Below, piece by piece: positions 59,625 through 64,000 of a stretch of 64,000 bases of DNA (position 1 is its first letter; the number at the start of each line of letters is the position of its first letter). The position numbers were made by a program, and so were the translations under genes. The notes below the pieces were generated by a model. It was not told the origin of the DNA. It searched no databases and was given only the letters and a program-made list of their open reading frames with translations. The stretch is from an uncultured Holophagales bacterium (GTDB lineage: Bacteria; Acidobacteriota; Thermoanaerobaculia; Multivoradales; UBA5704): the NCBI GenBank assembly GCA_963842525.1, contig CAWJGT010000019.1, forward strand, positions 64,001 to 128,000, given 5' to 3'.

Positions 59625-60467
59625 ATGCGCCTGCACGTCCTTGGCAGCTCCGGTGGCTATCCCGGGCCTGACAATCCGAACAGCGGCTTTTTCCTGGAGA
59701 GCGGAGCAACCCGGATCTGGATGGATGCCGGGACGGGCACGTTCTCGGCGCTGCAACGGGTGACGGACTGGATGGGGATCGATGCGGTCCTCGTCACCCA
59801 CGTCCACGCCGACCACTGCATCGACCTCTATCCGCTCGACGTGGCCCTGCGCTACCGCCCGGAGGGCCCGGTGCGGAAGCCCTTGTACGCACCGCCTGAG
59901 GTCTGGGAGGTGCTGCCCCGGTTCCTCGACGCGGGCAAGACCGGGGGCGAGGCGAAGAAGCTCGAACGGTCCTTCGACTTCCACCCGATCGAAGAGGGCT
60001 CGGAGATCGAGATCGGCGGGATCCGGTTCCGCTTCCTGCGCACCGATCACCCCGTCTATACCCTGGCCGTGCGGGCCGAGGCCGAGGGCGGCGCCGTCAC
60101 CTATACGGCCGACGCCGGGCCGCAGACCGACATCGCGAGCTTCGCGCAGGGGAGCGACCTGCTCATCTGCGAGGCGACCTACCAGGAGGGGCTGATCGGC
60201 CCGCCGGTCCACCTGAGCGCGGCCCAGGCCGGCGCAACCGGCCGCCGCGCCGGCGTCCGCGAGCTCGCCGTCACCCACATCTGGCCCACCTTCGACCCGC
60301 AGCGCTCGCTCGAAGAGGCCACCTCGGCGGCCGGAGACGTACGGGTCTCCCTGGCCTGGCCGGGTGGAGTGTACTCGACGACACTGGCCCTGCCGCTCCT
60401 GCGCGATCCGGTACCTGTCGAAGGAATCGACCTTAACGACACGAGCCGTCTCTGGGACCTCAAGTGA
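59625..60467 (+). CDS. MBL-fold metallo-hydrolase (RNase Z-like)
   Basis: LGSSGGYP, DAGTG, THVHADH, TDHP, YTAD, CEAT, VHL, THIWP. Confidence 0.88.
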   Translation: MRLHVLGSSGGYPGPDNPNSGFFLESGATRIWMDAGTGTFSALQRVTDWMGIDAVLVTHVHADHCIDLYPLDVALRYRPEGPVRKPLYAPPEVWEVLPRFLDAGKTGGEAKKLERSFDFHPIEEGSEIEIGGIRFRFLRTDHPVYTLAVRAEAEGGAVTYTADAGPQTDIASFAQGSDLLICEATYQEGLIGPPVHLSAAQAGATGRRAGVRELAVTHIWPTFDPQRSLEEATSAAGDVRVSLAWPGGVYSTTLALPLLRDPVPVEGIDLNDTSRLWDLK

Positions 60468-60510
60468 TTCTTTGCGACGTCAATGTGCATCCGTTTCTCG
60501 GAGGGCCGGC

Positions 60511-61284
60511 TCAGCGGCCGGCGACCATCTCGGGCGTGGGGACCGGGGCTGCCGCCTGGACCTCGGCGGTCATCCCGAGGAGCGTGAAGATGCGGCGGAC
60601 GTAGCTCTGGGTCTCCCGGTAGGGAGGCACGCCGCCGAAGCGCTCGACCGCTCCCTCGCCGGCGTTGTAGGCGGCCAGGACCCGGGTCGGATCGCCGGAG
60701 AAGCGCGCCGCCAGCCATTTCAGGTAGCGGACGCCCGCCTCCAGGTTCTTGGCGGGATCGAAGATGTCGCGCCGGCCCAGGCCGAAGCGGCGGGCCGTGG
60801 CGGGCAGGAGCTGCATCAGGCCGCAGGCCCCCTTGCGCGAGACCGCCCGCGGGTTGAAGGAGGACTCGACCCGCACGATGGCTGCCACCAGGTAGGGGTT
60901 GACCGCGTGGCGGCCGGCCACCTGGTAGATGAGCTCGCCGAACGGCGATTCCGGGATGCCGTGGGATTCCTGGAGCTCCAGGGCACGGACCTCCGCGGGG
61001 AACGGGGCTTCCGGCGGTGGTGCCGCCGTCTGGGCCTGGACTGTCGGCTCGATCTGTTGGCTCTGGAGATCGGCGGCTGGGAGAGGCTCCGGGTCGGCTG
61101 GGAGGGTGGTCGGGGGCTCCTGGGGGACCGCCGCGATGGTTTCAACACTTGCGACAGGCCCGGGTGGTTGCGGCAGGAGCTCTGCGGGAGTGCCGCCAGG
61201 TCCTACCAGGCCGGTGAGGCTGAAGGCCAGGAATCCGACCGAGAAGCAATGCTTGCCCTTGGCGATGTTCCGAATTCTCTTCAT
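60511..61284 (-). CDS. Lytic transglycosylase (SLT domain)
   Basis: AIVRVESSFNPRAVSRKGACGLMQLLPAT, LAAYNAGEG, PPYRETQSYV. Confidence 0.92.
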   Translation of the reverse strand: MKRIRNIAKGKHCFSVGFLAFSLTGLVGPGGTPAELLPQPPGPVASVETIAAVPQEPPTTLPADPEPLPAADLQSQQIEPTVQAQTAAPPPEAPFPAEVRALELQESHGIPESPFGELIYQVAGRHAVNPYLVAAIVRVESSFNPRAVSRKGACGLMQLLPATARRFGLGRRDIFDPAKNLEAGVRYLKWLAARFSGDPTRVLAAYNAGEGAVERFGGVPPYRETQSYVRRIFTLLGMTAEVQAAAPVPTPEMVAGR

Positions 61285-61399
61285 CTGATCTCCCTCTGGG
61301 GCAGACTCATGAACGAAACGAGGCAGCCGAGGCCGCTCCGCGGGGCGTGGGTCCAACGACTTGGGCGGACGCATTGATACACGATTCTCAAATGGCGCG

Positions 61400-62032
61400 T
61401 CAACCCTCGAGATCCAGGAAGGCCTCCACGGAGCCCGCGAGGAGGGCCCGCCGCGGCTCGTCCAGCCGGGCGGCGGCGATGCGCTCCAGGCAGGCCTTTC
61501 GCAGCTCGGACCGGTCGAGGCGGGCCGGGCGCATGAGCGCGGCCAGGGCCCAGGCGAGCGGCTCCGGGCGCTGGAGGTAGTACTCGGCGCGCGCACCGGC
61601 GAGGCCGAAGAGGGTGTAGAAGACCCGCAGCACCTCGACGCCGAAGACCCGACCGACCGCCGCGGTCTCGAGGTTGACGCCCGGCCGGGCACCGCGCAGG
61701 CAGACCACGCTGAGCAGCACAGGCTGGCAGTAGCGGACCTCGAGGTCCGCGAAGGTGCGCCCAAGCCGGTCGGAGACGTCGTCCGGGCCCGGAGCGTCCG
61801 GCTCGATCCGGACGAGGACGGTCACCTTCTCGCCCCGCACGCCGGGCACCTCGGCGACGAGGCATAGGACGGAGCGCTCGTCCTCCTCCCAGCCGGCGAG
61901 GTCAGCCTGCGGGTCCCGGAACGAGACCCGGTCCAGGCACAGGTGCTCCGCGGAATCGGGCTCGACGAGACAGAGGTAGTCGGCGAAGAATGCCTGCAGC
62001 AACGTCCGCAACAGGGGACAGACAGGGGGCAT
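61400..62032 (-). CDS. Degenerate Rpn-like hypothetical protein
   Basis: LLQAFFADYLCLVEP...LVAEV...VLVRIE...PEPLAWALAALM resembles Rpn/DUF2887-type proteins, but the catalytic residues look altered. Confidence 0.5.
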   Translation of the reverse strand: MPPVCPLLRTLLQAFFADYLCLVEPDSAEHLCLDRVSFRDPQADLAGWEEDERSVLCLVAEVPGVRGEKVTVLVRIEPDAPGPDDVSDRLGRTFADLEVRYCQPVLLSVVCLRGARPGVNLETAAVGRVFGVEVLRVFYTLFGLAGARAEYYLQRPEPLAWALAALMRPARLDRSELRKACLERIAAARLDEPRRALLAGSVEAFLDLEG

Positions 62033-62198
62033 GTCGTTTCCTCGGGATAGGTCGCGGCCGGGAGTGGCCCCGATCTACCCCTTAAAAAGACGGAAAACGA
62101 CCCGCCGATCTGTCATAACTCGGCAAACTTTTTTTCACGGGGTGCGCCCCGGCGCCGGGTCGTGCTAGCTTGAGTGTGGTCGCGCGGGAGATGGAGAG

Positions 62199-63209
62199 AT
62201 GAAGACGAGACAGTTCCGCTATCCGTACCGGCGCCGGTCGTACGGCCTCCTCTGGGTCATCCTGAGTCTGCTCGGGCTTGGAGCGCTCGCCGCTCTCTTC
62301 GGCCGGCGGTTGCGCGAGAGAGAAGAGGACCTGCCGTCCGGCAGGCGGCGGACCGGAGCCGGAAAAGACCTGCCCGAGGAGCCGTCCCAGGAGTATCCGG
62401 AGCCGGCGCCGCCGGAGAGCCTGGCCGTCTGGATCCCCGGTCCCGCCGGCAACCTCTACGTCCGCGACGGGGGTGATGGGGGTGACAGGAGCGGGCGCGC
62501 CCTGCCGATCCTGTTCCTCCACAGCCTGGCCGGCAACGGCGGGCAGTGGGCCCTGCAGCTCGACCATCTCCGCCGGCACCGCCGCGCCGTGGCGCTCGAC
62601 TTCCGGGGGCACGGAGACTCCGACCCCGCGGAGGACGGCGACTATTCGGTCCCGGGCCTGACCGCGGACGTCGAGGCGGTCGCGGACCAACTCGGTCTGC
62701 GGCACTTCGTGCTCGCCGGGCACAGCCTCGGCTCGCTGGCGGCGATCGAGTATGCGGGCCGGCACCCCGAGCGGGTCGCGGGTCTCCTCCTGGTGGACCC
62801 CAACGGCGATCAGAGCGAGCTGCCGCGCGAGCAGTTCGAATCCTTCCTGGAGGCCCTGCGCCAGGACCCGCTCGGCGAGCTCGAGTCGTACTTCCGCCAG
62901 ATCGTGGTCGGCGGCGATCCGGACGCCTCCCGCTGGGTGCTGGAGGATCTACGGCTGACCCATGAGGACGCCGTCCTGCGGGCCGTCGAGGGCTCGATCG
63001 TCTACCAGCCGCTGCCGGCCCTGGCGCGCTACCAGGGACCGAAGCTGTCCATCGTCAGCGACCTGAACAGCCTCCCCGTCAGCCTGCACCGCCTGGTGCC
63101 CGGCCTCCCGGTCCGTCTCATGCCCGGCACCGGCCACTGGCTGATGATGGACCGGCCGGAAACGTTCAACCACCTCGTCGACGAATTTCTGGACCAGGTG
63201 GAGGGCTGA
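62199..63209 (+). CDS. Alpha/beta hydrolase with N-terminal membrane anchor
   Basis: FLHSLAG, DFRGHGDS, GHSLG nucleophile elbow, TGHWLMMDRP. Confidence 0.9.
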   Translation: MKTRQFRYPYRRRSYGLLWVILSLLGLGALAALFGRRLREREEDLPSGRRRTGAGKDLPEEPSQEYPEPAPPESLAVWIPGPAGNLYVRDGGDGGDRSGRALPILFLHSLAGNGGQWALQLDHLRRHRRAVALDFRGHGDSDPAEDGDYSVPGLTADVEAVADQLGLRHFVLAGHSLGSLAAIEYAGRHPERVAGLLLVDPNGDQSELPREQFESFLEALRQDPLGELESYFRQIVVGGDPDASRWVLEDLRLTHEDAVLRAVEGSIVYQPLPALARYQGPKLSIVSDLNSLPVSLHRLVPGLPVRLMPGTGHWLMMDRPETFNHLVDEFLDQVEG

Positions 63210-63232
63210 CTCCGCTATAGTCCGTCGCCGTC

Positions 63233-64000
63233 ATGGGCGACAAAACACCTCACCGCGAGACGGTGACGCCGGAAGATTCGGCTTCGGATGCTGCCGAGGC
63301 GCGCGGCTGGGAGGGGCTCACGGAGTGGACCGGCGGGCTGCCTCCGGACCAGGTCGAGGCGCTCGCGAGCGTGCATGACCTGGAGCCGGTCTATCCCCTG
63401 CTCCATGCCCTTGTAGGCCGCGCGCCGCGCGACTTCTTCGCGCGGGCGGCCGTCCTCGAGGCCCTGGTCGAGAAGCTCGCGGCCGGCGTTCGCCCCCGAG
63501 GACCTCGACGAGGTGCTCTACTGGCTCGTCGAGCCGGCGCGGTCCGCCGTCGTGCGCACCCTGCGGCAGAGCGGCTGGCTGGACTTCGACACCATGGCCG
63601 GCTACGTCCTGACCGACGCCGGGCGGTGGGCGTACGACGTCCTCTCCTTCCTCCACCGGCGCCTGCGCGAGAGCGAGCTGCTGCCGACCCTCGCCGGCGT
63701 GCGCTACGCCCTCGACATCGGCCTCGATCCGATCCGCCACCTCCAGTCGCTGCGCTCGCGGCTCGTCGCGCTGCGCGAGGAGATCGACGCGGCCATGGCC
63801 TCCCATTCGGAGGTGGTCCTCCGGCGCACGGCCGACAAGCTGCGGGACGTGCTCGACCTCTCGGGCCGCATCCGGGCGGTGCTCGACGCGGTGCGGCTCG
63901 ATCAGGTGGCGGCGCGGCGGGTGGCGCGCGAGATCCACGAGCTGCTCTCGCGCCTCCACGGCGCGGGCGCCTCCCTCCATGCCGCCATCACCGAGGTGGG
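63233..64000 (+). CDS. Hypothetical helical protein, partial (frameshift near 63490); possibly MksF/JetA-like
   Basis: Hand translation MGDKTPH...VHDLEPVYPLLHAL...; then FAPEDLDEVLYWL...VVRTLRQSGWLDFDTMAGYVLTDAGR (winged-helix-like) followed by long helices; runs off window. Confidence 0.5.
   Translation, partial: MGDKTPHRETVTPEDSASDAAEARGWEGLTEWTGGLPPDQVEALASVHDLEPVYPLLHALVGRAPRDFFARAAVLEALVEKLAAGVRPRGPRRGALLARRAGAVRRRAHPAAERLAGLRHHGRLRPDRRRAVGVRRPLLPPPAPARERAAADPRRRALRPRHRPRSDPPPPVAALAARRAARGDRRGHGLPFGGGPPAHGRQAAGRARPLGPHPGGARRGAARSGGGAAGGARDPRAALAPPRRGRLPPCRHHRGG

Noticed and set aside
61285-61400. c-di-AMP (ydaO) riboswitch upstream of the lytic transglycosylase
   Set aside because: Conserved aptamer motifs were not recognisable; only a weak sigma70-like TTGACG...TATCAA is visible.

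Overview
High-GC bacterial chromosomal window. Gene style suggests Acidobacteriota, possibly class Thermoanaerobaculia, but this is inference only. Housekeeping genes (purD, pta, rph, serS, tRNA-Ser(TGA), mpl-like ligase, ftcD) are interleaved with accessory loci. Many genes carry single-base frameshifts, including the normally essential serS, which most likely reflects long-read indel errors. The most notable candidate new system occurs twice (about 2.9-7.1 kb and 41.1-42.8 kb). In both places a small secreted precursor (signal peptide, Trp-rich amphipathic segment, tandem G-x3-DP[H/N]G-(x)-C cores) sits next to related TPR or HTH-TPR proteins, resembling an RRNPP-like peptide/receptor signalling system. 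Other highlights: (1) an IS110 element inserted into one arm of a REP-like palindrome, with a long 3' non-coding end that may encode a bridge/seek RNA; (2) a metallophosphoesterase-STAND-TPR (NLR-like) gene; (3) a five-gene hybrid Ser/Thr kinase plus two-component operon bracketed by a 45-bp direct repeat; (4) a SigK-type promoter ahead of a DUF4331-DUF4198-RskA operon; (5) an AgpS-like/GlpD/DAG-kinase lipid operon; (6) a soluble MgtE-like protein paired with an NRAMP-related Mg2+ transporter; (7) several intergenic repeat families. All family calls come from motif recognition by eye; no searches were run.
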